Source of the DNA: Nocardioidaceae bacterium
Lineage (GTDB): Bacteria; Actinomycetota; Actinomycetes; Propionibacteriales; Nocardioidaceae
NCBI GenBank assembly: GCA_013695785.1
Contig: JACCZT010000171.1
Span: 1-59,458, forward strand
Direction of reading: 5' to 3'
Length of the DNA stretch: 59,458 bases
This document shows, one piece after another, positions 28,334 through 37,800 of this stretch (position 1 is the first letter of the stretch; every line of letters starts with the position of its first letter). The notes under the pieces are model-generated. The model did no database searches, was not told the DNA's origin, and was given only the letters and a program-made list of their open reading frames with translations. The position numbers and the translations under genes were made by a program.

Positions 28334-28939
28334 TCAGCTCTTCGCGGTCTCTGCCGGCGCCTCGGCGTCGGTGTCGTCGCCCGTTGCGGCCGATGCTTCG
28401 GCCGGGGCGGGCGCCTCGCTCGGTGCAGGCGAGGCAGACTCCGACGGGGCTGGGGACTCCGGGGCCGGGGACTCCGGGGCCGGGGACTCCGGGGCCAGGG
28501 AGTCTTCGGCCGGGACGGCACTCGGCGCGGCCGTCGACTTGGCGGCAGCCTTCTTCCGGGCCGGCCTCGAGGTGGTCACGGCTTCGGACTTGGGCTCGGC
28601 GTGGACGTCCTTGAGGGCCTCGTTGAAGATCTCGGCCTTGTCACGCTTGGGCTCGGCGACCTTCATCGGCCCAGGTGCGCTCTCGCCCTTGAACTGCTGC
28701 CAGTCGCCGGTCAGCTTGAGCAGCACCGCGACAGCGTCACTCGGCTGTGCGCCGACCCCGAGCCAGTACTGCGCGCGCTCGGACTCGATGTGGATGATCG
28801 ACGGGTCAGCCTTGGGGTTGTAGGTACCGATCTCCTCGATGACACGACCGTCACGCTTGGTGCGCGAGTCAGCGACGACGACACGGTAGAACGGGGTACG
28901 GATCTTGCCCATCCGCTTCAAACGAATCTTGACGGCCAC
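28334..28939 (-). CDS. rpsP: 30S ribosomal protein S16 with ~120-aa low-complexity C-terminal extension
   Basis: GTG start at 28937-28939 gives (M)[25 protein letters not shown], the canonical S16 N-terminus. AAGGAG lies upstream. 201 aa. Confidence 0.93.
   Translation of the reverse strand: MAVKIRLKRMGKIRTPFYRVVVADSRTKRDGRVIEEIGTYNPKADPSIIHIESERAQYWLGVGAQPSDAVAVLLKLTGDWQQFKGESAPGPMKVAEPKRDKAEIFNEALKDVHAEPKSEAVTTSRPARKKAAAKSTAAPSAVPAEDSLAPESPAPESPAPESPAPSESASPAPSEAPAPAEASAATGDDTDAEAPAETAKS
28452..28496 (-). repeat. three perfect 15-bp tandem repeats inside rpsP tail (encode PAPES x3)
   Basis: ggggactccggggcc at 28452-28466, 28467-28481 and 28482-28496, flanked by degenerate copies on both sides. 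Confidence 0.9.
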
Positions 28940-29161
28940 GGGTGTGGTGTCTCCTTGGATACTGGTGGTTGGTGATACGGGGCGGCTGCCGGGTGGGGAC
29001 GCGGACCGCTGCATCGGTGGATCTACGACGCTCGGGGATGAGAGGGTCCATGAGCGCGTAGACGCAGTGGGTCATTCTGCCAGACGTCGGCGCCGCACTC
29101 CAATCCGGCGGCGGACCGCCCGTACCGGCCGACGCTCGACCCGGTGCGGCAGGATGTGCCC

Positions 29162-29605
29162 ATGAGCTCGTTGTTCACCAAGATCATCGCCGGTGAGATC
29201 CCCGGGCGGTTCCTGTGGTCCGACGACGTGGCGGTGGCTTTTCTGACGATCGCGCCGCTGACACCCGGGCACGCGCTTGTCGTCCCCCGCGCCGAGGTGT
29301 GCCAGTGGACCGAGGCCGACGACACCCTCCTCGAGCACCTGGTGCGGGTCGCCAAGCGAATCGGCGCCGCACAGCAGGCCGAGTGGGACGCCACCCGCAT
29401 CGGGGTGCTGATCGAGGGCTTCGAGGTGGACCACCTGCACATCCATGTCTGGCCGGCGTTCAGCGCGGCCGACTTCGACGTGCACAACGTCGACCACGAC
29501 CCCGATCCGGCCGCCTTGGACGAGTCCGCGGAGCGTATCCGCGTACGGCTCATCGAGGACGGCTTCGCCGAGCACGTCCCGGCGGATGTCTCGCGCCCGC
29601 TCTGA
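29162..29605 (+). CDS. HIT-family (histidine triad) protein
   Basis: Histidine triad HLHIHVWP and the N-terminal FTKIIAGEIPGRF motif. ATG 29162 chosen over the upstream GTG 29144. Confidence 0.87.
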   Translation: MSSLFTKIIAGEIPGRFLWSDDVAVAFLTIAPLTPGHALVVPRAEVCQWTEADDTLLEHLVRVAKRIGAAQQAEWDATRIGVLIEGFEVDHLHIHVWPAFSAADFDVHNVDHDPDPAALDESAERIRVRLIEDGFAEHVPADVSRPL

Positions 29606-29621
29606 CCCGTGCCCCCGAGGG

Positions 29622-30140
29622 CTAGCGCGAGAACTCGGACAGGCAGGTCTCGACGATCCCCTCGGGACTACCGAAGACGTCGACGACGATCCCCCGCTCG
29701 CCATCCTGCAGCGGCTCCAAGGTCTCGATCTGAGAGTCGATCAGCGAGGTCGGCATGAAGTGGTCACTCCGCCTGGCCATCCGCTCGCGGATCATCTCCG
29801 GGTCGCCGTCGAGGTGCAAGAAGGTGACCCCAGCAGCCGAACCGGCGAGCACGTCGCGGTACGCCCGGCGCAGCGCCGAACAGCTGACGACTCCCCCGGT
29901 CGCTTGGCGTTCGTTCAACCAGGAGCCGATGGCGTGCAACCACGGCCACCTGTCCTCATCGGTCAGCGGTGACCCGTTGCTCATCTTGTCGATGTTGACC
30001 TGGGGGTGGAAGGCGTCGGCGTCGGCGTACTCCACGTTCAGCCGGGACGCGACCGCCTCACCGATGGTCGTCTTGCCCACTCCCGACACGCCCATCACGA
30101 CCACCAGTGGGTGTGCAGGCTCATCGCCGCGCTCGGTCAT
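29622..30140 (-). CDS. gluconokinase (GntK/IdnK family)
   Basis: 172 aa with P-loop GVSGVGKTT, and NIDKMSNGSPLTDEDRWPWL typical of gluconate kinases. Confidence 0.85.
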   Translation of the reverse strand: MTERGDEPAHPLVVVMGVSGVGKTTIGEAVASRLNVEYADADAFHPQVNIDKMSNGSPLTDEDRWPWLHAIGSWLNERQATGGVVSCSALRRAYRDVLAGSAAGVTFLHLDGDPEMIRERMARRSDHFMPTSLIDSQIETLEPLQDGERGIVVDVFGSPEGIVETCLSEFSR

Positions 30141-30166
30141 GTGTCGACCGTACCGCCGCGGAACAC

Positions 30167-31732
30167 TCAGAGCAGGTCGCGCAGCTCCTTGGGCAGCTCG
30201 AAGTCGTCTGCACCGCCGGGGCCAGCACCAGGTCCCTTGAACCCGAAGGCGTCGCCACCGGCGCCGGGAGTCTGCGGTGTCGCCGCTGCCCGCGCCTCGG
30301 CGGCACGCTTGGCGGGGTTGCCGGACGTACGCTTGCCCTTGGCCTTCTTGGGCTGCTGGCGGACCTTCGCCCGCTTGCCACCCACGCCTGGCATCGCCGG
30401 CATGCCGGGCATGCCCGGCATTCCACCGCCCTTGGCCATCTGGAGCATCAGCTTCCGCGCTTCGAAGAAGCGGTCGACGAGCTGGTTGACATCGCTGACC
30501 TGGGTCCCCGAGCCCCGTGCGATCCGAGCGCGTCGCGAGCCGTCGATGAGCTTGGGCTCGGCGCGCTCCTTGGCCGTCATCGAGGAGATGATCGCCTGGA
30601 TACGGTCGATCTCGCGCTCGTCGAAGCCGGCCAGCTGATCCTTGAACTGCGCCATGCCGGGCAGCATGCCGAAGATCTTCGACATGGAGCCCATCTTGCG
30701 CAGGGCCTGCATCTGCTCCTGGAAGTCGTCGAGGGTGAAGTCCCCTCCCGTGCCCTGCAGCTTGGCCGCCGCGGTCGCCGCCTGATCGGCATCGAAGACC
30801 TTCTCGGCCTGTTCGATCAGCGTGAGCATGTCGCCGAGGTCGAGGATCCGCGACGCCATCCGGTCGGGGTGGAAGACGTCGAAGTCGGTGAGCTTCTCAC
30901 CGTTGGAGGCGAACATCACCTGGCGTCCGGTGATCTGCGCCACCGAGAGCGCTGCACCGCCGCGTGCGTCGCCGTCCAGCTTGGACAGCACCACACCGGT
31001 GAACCCGACACCGTCGAGGAACGCCTGAGCGGTCTGTACGGCATCCTGTCCGATCATGGCGTCGACGACGAAGAGCGTCTCGTCCGGGTGCACAGCGTCG
31101 CGGATGTCCGAGGCCTGCTGCATGAGCTCGGTGTCGATGCCGAGGCGGCCCGCGGTGTCGATGATGACGACGTCGTGCAGGGTCCGCCTGGCTTCGGCGA
31201 TGGAGTCGCGCGCGACCGTGACCGGATCGCCCACACCGTTGCCGGGCTCTGGGGCGAACACCGTGGCTCCGGCCTGTCCCCCCACGACCTGCAGCTGGGT
31301 CACGGCGTTGGGCCGCTGCAGGTCCGCCGCGACGAGCATCGGCGAGTTGCCCTGGCTCTTGAGCCACAGGGCCAGCTTGCCGGCCAACGTCGTCTTGCCC
31401 GAACCCTGCAGCCCCGCGAGCATGATCACGGTCGGCGGGTTCTTGGCCATCAAGAGCCGGCGGGTCTGGCCACCGAGGATCTTGACCAGCTCGTCGTCGA
31501 CGATCTTGATGACCTGCTGGGCGGGGTTGAGCGCCTCGCTGACCTCGGCGCCGCGGGCGCGTTCCTTGACGTTCGCGATGAAGTCGCGCACGACGGGCAG
31601 GGCGACGTCAGCCTCGAGCAGCGCGATCCTGATCTCGCGGGCCGTCGCGTCGATGTCAGCCTCGGACAGCCGGCCCTTGCCACGAAGGTTCTTGAACGTG
31701 GTCTGCAGGCGGTCTTGCAGGGTGTCGAACAA
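30167..31732 (-). CDS. ffh: signal recognition particle protein Ffh (TTG start)
   Basis: GTPase motifs GLQGSGKTT, DTAGR, KLDGDARGG, and a Met/Gly-rich M domain. The conserved N-terminus (M)FDTLQDRLQ begins at TTG 31730-31732, preceded by GAAGGA 9 nt upstream. The track ORF runs on to 32086 into glnD. Confidence 0.93.
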   Translation of the reverse strand: MFDTLQDRLQTTFKNLRGKGRLSEADIDATAREIRIALLEADVALPVVRDFIANVKERARGAEVSEALNPAQQVIKIVDDELVKILGGQTRRLLMAKNPPTVIMLAGLQGSGKTTLAGKLALWLKSQGNSPMLVAADLQRPNAVTQLQVVGGQAGATVFAPEPGNGVGDPVTVARDSIAEARRTLHDVVIIDTAGRLGIDTELMQQASDIRDAVHPDETLFVVDAMIGQDAVQTAQAFLDGVGFTGVVLSKLDGDARGGAALSVAQITGRQVMFASNGEKLTDFDVFHPDRMASRILDLGDMLTLIEQAEKVFDADQAATAAAKLQGTGGDFTLDDFQEQMQALRKMGSMSKIFGMLPGMAQFKDQLAGFDEREIDRIQAIISSMTAKERAEPKLIDGSRRARIARGSGTQVSDVNQLVDRFFEARKLMLQMAKGGGMPGMPGMPAMPGVGGKRAKVRQQPKKAKGKRTSGNPAKRAAEARAAATPQTPGAGGDAFGFKGPGAGPGGADDFELPKELRDLL

Positions 31733-31814
31733 CGCGTGGTGTCCTTCGGCGACGGAGATCGAAGACGGAACGCGTCGATGCGTCCGACGCGCGTGCGCCC
31801 ACCAGCCTAGCCTC

Positions 31815-34112
31815 TCAGGCCAGGGCCGCCGCGACCTGCTGACACAGACGTTCGGCACGCTCGTCGGGGGATGCGCCGTCCGCGCCGTCGACGACGTAGA
31901 ACACGTCGCGCGCCTCAGGACCGAACGTCGACAAGTGTGCAGACCGGATTTCCCAGCCGGCCGCGCTGATCGACCGGCACACCGACCACACGAGCCCTCG
32001 ACGGTCGCGGGCGCGCACCTCGATGACCGTGGCGGTAGGCGAGAGCACCGGAAGCACGGTGACGATCGGCGGCGCCCGGTCGCCACCGGACGGTACGGAC
32101 AACCTCGACGCGAGCTCGAGGCTGCCGTCCAGCACCTTGCGCAACCTCATCTGCAACCCGGCCGGGTCCACCTCAGCACGGGTGGTCTCCCACAGGGACG
32201 ACGCGACGCCGCGCTGGGTCAGCACCCGAGCCGACCGGATCTGTAGCCCGGCCAGCGCCAGCCCACCGGCAAGGTCGGCCATCAGCCCGGCGCGGTCGGA
32301 GGCGCTGATCTGGATCAAGGAGCCATCATGGTGCGGTCTGGTCGTCACCGTGAGTGCCTCGGCGGCCGGTGGCTCCAGGCCCGGCTCGGCTGCGCCGATC
32401 GGCCACCCGTCGTACCCTCCCGGCCCGGCGGTACCGGGGGTGTCACCGAGGTGGTCTCGAGTCTTGGCGACGAGTCCCCGGACGAGACCGGCACGCCAGC
32501 TCGTCCACGCCGTGGGTCCGGCGGCGCGGGCGTCGGCCTCGGTCAGGGCGGCGAGCATCGTCAGGGTGTCAGTGGTTCGAACGATCTGTGCGACGTTGGC
32601 CGCGGTAGCCGGGTCCTCGATGTCGCGTCTGGTGGCCGTCGTCGGCAACAACAGGTGCCACCGCACCAAGAGGGCGATACTGTCGGCGTCGGACTCGATG
32701 AAGCCCCAGCGACGGGCGATGTCGCGCGCCAGTGGCGCTCCGATCTCGCTGTGGTCGCCGTCGCGACCCTTGCCGATGTCGTGCAGGAGGGCCGCCACGA
32801 CGAGGAGGTCCGGCCGGCGGACGTCGCGCAGGAGGTGGGCAGCCTGTAGGCAGGTTTCGATGCTGTGTCGGTCGATGGTGAGGGTATGGACCGGGGATGA
32901 GGACCCGCGAAGGCGGATCGCATCCCACTCGGGCAGCCACTGCGCCACGACACCGGCGAAGTCCAGCTCGTCCCACACCCGGACCAGGCCCGTGCCCGCG
33001 GCGAGGAGGTCGACCAAGAGTCGGCGCATCTCGGGGTTCCACGGCGTGGACGGCACTGTCGCGTCGGCGAGACGCACGGCCGCCGAGGCAGACAGCGGCA
33101 CGCCGCGACGTGCGGCGCAGGCGGCAGCGCGCAGCCCGAGTGCCGGATCACGGCCGGGATCGGCGCCCGCGGCCAGCACGACCTCCCCGTTCAGCTCGGC
33201 GACCCCGTCGGCCAGCCGGGGGAGTCGCGGCACGCCCCGCGACCGCCGGCCCGTCGTCTGGGACGGTGCCGGCGCCAGCACGTCCTCGACCCGACGCCAG
33301 GCGAGGGCGGACAGGTGGGCCGTGCGACGGCCGAGGTCGCGTACGTGCAGGTCGACAGCACTCGGCGCCATGCCCAGTGCGGCGGCGACGTCGGGAAGGA
33401 TGTCGTGGGTCAACCGGTCGCTCCGCCGCCCCGAGACCTCGTGCAACACGTCACGTACGTCCAGGAGCGCGCTTCGCAGTCGCTCGGTCTCGGCGTGCGG
33501 GATGTCGACCAGCCAGGTGGCGACCAGGGACCGCATGACGATGCCGTCACGCAGACCGCCACCGGACTCCTTGAGGTCTGGTTCGGCCGCCTCGGCGAGC
33601 CAACCCGCACGCTCGACGCGGACCCGGTTGGCTTCGCGGAGCTCGGGAACGCGGCGCCGGGCGTCACGGCGCCACTGCGCCAGCACAGTCGAGCGAAGCG
33701 CCATCACCACGGAACGGTCGCCGGCGACCGCCCGGGCATCGAGCATCCCGGCGGCGGCCCGGTGGTCGGCGGACGCGGCGGAGATCATGTCCTCGGTGCT
33801 GCGTACCGCATGGTCCAGCGCCACGGCCTCGTCCCACAGCGGGTACCAGACGGCATCGGCGATCTCCGCCAGCAGGCCCGGGTCGAATCCCGGTTCGTGG
33901 ACGAGGACCACGTCGACGTCGCTCGCCGGGGACAGCTCGGCGCGGCCGTAGCCACCGACCGCGACCAACGCGAGGCCGTGCCCCGGCCGGCCCCCACCTG
34001 AGCTGGTGACGCGGACGCGGTCGGACACGGCCTCTGCGAGGAGTCGACGAAGGCGCCGGTCCGTCGACTGAGCCCGCTGCCGGCGCCTCGCGGCCAGGTC
34101 GCGCGGATGCAC
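31815..34112 (-). CDS. glnD: [protein-PII] uridylyl/adenylyl-transferase GlnD
   Basis: Nucleotidyltransferase motif LVAVGGYGRAELSPASDVDV, HD domain LLHDIGKG, and two C-terminal ACT-like domains. Start uncertain: GTG 34112 (6 nt after the glnK stop) is preferred over GTG 34184, which overlaps glnK by 67 nt. Confidence 0.88.
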   Translation of the reverse strand: MHPRDLAARRRQRAQSTDRRLRRLLAEAVSDRVRVTSSGGGRPGHGLALVAVGGYGRAELSPASDVDVVLVHEPGFDPGLLAEIADAVWYPLWDEAVALDHAVRSTEDMISAASADHRAAAGMLDARAVAGDRSVVMALRSTVLAQWRRDARRRVPELREANRVRVERAGWLAEAAEPDLKESGGGLRDGIVMRSLVATWLVDIPHAETERLRSALLDVRDVLHEVSGRRSDRLTHDILPDVAAALGMAPSAVDLHVRDLGRRTAHLSALAWRRVEDVLAPAPSQTTGRRSRGVPRLPRLADGVAELNGEVVLAAGADPGRDPALGLRAAACAARRGVPLSASAAVRLADATVPSTPWNPEMRRLLVDLLAAGTGLVRVWDELDFAGVVAQWLPEWDAIRLRGSSSPVHTLTIDRHSIETCLQAAHLLRDVRRPDLLVVAALLHDIGKGRDGDHSEIGAPLARDIARRWGFIESDADSIALLVRWHLLLPTTATRRDIEDPATAANVAQIVRTTDTLTMLAALTEADARAAGPTAWTSWRAGLVRGLVAKTRDHLGDTPGTAGPGGYDGWPIGAAEPGLEPPAAEALTVTTRPHHDGSLIQISASDRAGLMADLAGGLALAGLQIRSARVLTQRGVASSLWETTRAEVDPAGLQMRLRKVLDGSLELASRLSVPSGGDRAPPIVTVLPVLSPTATVIEVRARDRRGLVWSVCRSISAAGWEIRSAHLSTFGPEARDVFYVVDGADGASPDERAERLCQQVAAALA

Positions 34113-34117
34113 GTCGG

Positions 34118-35820
<1,703 letters not shown>

Positions 35821-35981
35821 CGAGAGATTCTCCTCGTCGGTCGAAGGAACGAACTATGCGGCGCCGGATGCTGGGCGGACAAGCGCGGTCCGCGGCAAGA
35901 ACGACTGACTCAACAGTGACGCGCGTTCGTTTCCACGTTCAGCCGCCCGCGTTGCACGCAGGTGACAGGTGCTGGCGTTTT

Positions 35982-35997
35982 GTTACGGCCAGGTGAC
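35982..35997 (-). promoter_or_regulatory. GlnR-box-like element upstream of amtB (GTCAC-N6-GTAAC on minus strand)
   Basis: About 165-180 nt upstream of the amtB ATG. It loosely fits the actinobacterial GlnR half-site arrangement (gTnAc-N6-GnAAc). Further GTGAC pentamers lie at 35916 and 35962. Confidence 0.3.
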
Positions 35998-36033
35998 GCG
36001 CGTCTTGTGCTGCCCACACCACCGTCAACTCCT

Positions 36034-36053
36034 GTACCAGTTTGTCCTGGTAC
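36034..36053. promoter_or_regulatory. 20-bp palindrome GTACCAG-TTTGTC-CTGGTAC in ftsY-amtB spacer
   Basis: Perfect 7-bp arms read directly from the sequence. Could be a protein operator or a small hairpin ~116 nt downstream of ftsY. Confidence 0.3.
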
Positions 36054-36168
36054 GGCGTCACCGCACCGAGGATGCGACCCAGGTGAAGCGACACTGGGCC
36101 CGGAGAAGTGAATACGGGGCGGCGCCAGGTGCCACGCGAACCGCTGGGTTCCCGCACGCGTCTTGTGA

Positions 36169-37350
36169 TCAGTCGCCCAGCAGCGCGTCCACGAAGGCAC
36201 CCGGTTCGAACGGTGCCAGGTCGTCGACGCCCTCACCGAGGCCGATCAGCTTGACCGGCACCCCGAGCTCACGCTGTACGGCGATGACGATGCCGCCCTT
36301 GGCGGTGCCGTCGAGCTTGGTCAGCACGATGCCGGTGACGGCGACGACCTCGGCGAAGACGCGCGCCTGGGTGAGTCCGTTCTGCCCGGTCGTCGCGTCG
36401 ATCACGAGCAGCACCTCGGTCACCGGCGCCTGCTTCTCGATGACCCGCTTGACCTTGCCGAGCTCGTCCATCAGTGCGGACTTGGTGTGCAGGCGTCCGG
36501 CTGTGTCGACCAGCACGGTGTCCACGCCCTCGGCGATACCCCGCTGGACGGCCTCGAAGCTGACGCTCGCGGGGTCTCCGCCCTCGGGGCCGCGTACGGT
36601 CTGCACGCCGACCCGTTCGCCCCAGGTCTGCAGCTGGTCGGCCGCTGCCGCCCGGAAGGTGTCCGCCGCGCCGAGGAGGACGCGCTTTTCGTCGGCGACC
36701 AGGACCCGGGCGATACGTCCGACCGACGTCGTCTTGCCGGTCCCGTTGACACCAACCACGAGCACCACCCCGGGTTTGCCGTCGGCCCCGTCGCTGCGGA
36801 GACTGCGGTCCATCGAGGGGTCGAGAAGCATCACCAGCTCCTCGTGCAAGATGGCACGCGCGACCTGGGGGTCGTCGACACCCTCGACCCGCAACCGGGT
36901 ACGAAGGGCCTGGACCAGCTCCTGCGTCGGTACGACGCCTACGTCTGCAGTGATCAGGACGTCCTCGATCTCCTCCCACGTGTCATCGTCGAGACGGTCC
37001 CTCCCGAGCAGGGCGAGCATTCCCCGCCCGAGCGAGCCTTGTGAGCGGGCCAGGCGGGCACGCAGCCGGATCAGCCGTCCCCTTGGCGGCTCGGGCCGCT
37101 CGATCGTGGTGGTGCCGGGGATCGCATCCGGCCCGGGGTGCTCAGGTTCGGGCAGGATCGGTTCGACGGGCTGCTCGAGCTCGTGCTGAGGAGCTTCGGG
37201 ATGCTCGAGCGCCTCGTCGATCAGCTCATCGGCCTGCGCCGGCGGCGGAAGGGCAGCGCCGCGCCGCGCCACGACGTAGGCAGCGCCGGCGCCGACAACG
37301 ACGACGACGACGGCCAAGATGATGAACAGCGTCAACGTCGAGATCTCCAC
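36169..37350 (-). CDS. ftsY: signal recognition particle receptor FtsY
   Basis: N-terminal TM + acidic region, then an NG domain with GVNGTGKTT, DTAGR, TKLDGTAKGG. GTG start at 37348-37350. Confidence 0.95.
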   Translation of the reverse strand: MEISTLTLFIILAVVVVVVGAGAAYVVARRGAALPPPAQADELIDEALEHPEAPQHELEQPVEPILPEPEHPGPDAIPGTTTIERPEPPRGRLIRLRARLARSQGSLGRGMLALLGRDRLDDDTWEEIEDVLITADVGVVPTQELVQALRTRLRVEGVDDPQVARAILHEELVMLLDPSMDRSLRSDGADGKPGVVLVVGVNGTGKTTSVGRIARVLVADEKRVLLGAADTFRAAAADQLQTWGERVGVQTVRGPEGGDPASVSFEAVQRGIAEGVDTVLVDTAGRLHTKSALMDELGKVKRVIEKQAPVTEVLLVIDATTGQNGLTQARVFAEVVAVTGIVLTKLDGTAKGGIVIAVQRELGVPVKLIGLGEGVDDLAPFEPGAFVDALLGD

Positions 37351-37416
37351 GTCATCACCCTAACCAAGCGGCACGGTCGCTCAGGTCGCCGCCCGAGGGC
37401 GCACTCAGAAGCCCGG

Positions 37417-37650
37417 TCAGTCCCCCGGTGGGGCGGATCCGCGCTGCGCGGCAGCGGTCCGGCGCGGCACGTCGTGGTCGATGACATCGGGTTCGGGCAC
37501 GAGTCCCGCACCGTGGGCGATGGCGGCGAGCCACCCATCGACGACCCTCGAGGGGCCGAACGTACGCCCTTGCATGGGATAGCCGATCACCCCGATGGCG
37601 GACGCGGCGGCAGCGACGATCGCGATCATCGCGATGACGATGAAGTACAT
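37417..37650 (-). CDS. hypothetical small membrane protein (77 aa)
   Basis: ORF between smc and ftsY with one clear TM (MYFIVIAMIAIVAAAASAIGVIGY) and mostly G/C at third codon positions by eye. No recognisable family. Start ATG 37650 preferred over 37671. Confidence 0.4.
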   Translation of the reverse strand: MYFIVIAMIAIVAAAASAIGVIGYPMQGRTFGPSRVVDGWLAAIAHGAGLVPEPDVIDHDVPRRTAAAQRGSAPPGD

Positions 37651-37800
37651 GGTGGTCCCCGTTACAGACATGGCGTGCGGTGGGATGAGTCTGTGGCTAC
37701 CGACGATTCTTCCACCCCGAGCCGGCCTGCACCCGGCCCGTTACCGCACTGCAATGGTGACGCAGGACACTCTGGGACAGGCCATCGATCGAACCGACGT

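Noticed and set aside
28437-28511. Short tandem repeats as a possible CRISPR or minisatellite element
   Set aside because: The units are 15 bp, contiguous and without spacers, and in frame inside rpsP. This is a coding microsatellite, not a CRISPR array. The same reasoning applies to the 22-bp and 21-bp repeats at 11383 and 1110, which have only 2-3 copies and no spacers.
30390-30425. 9-bp periodic repeat ggcatgccg x4 in ffh
   Set aside because: It encodes the GMPGMPGMPAMPG segment of the Met-rich M-domain tail. Such segments are common in Ffh, so it is not an independent element.
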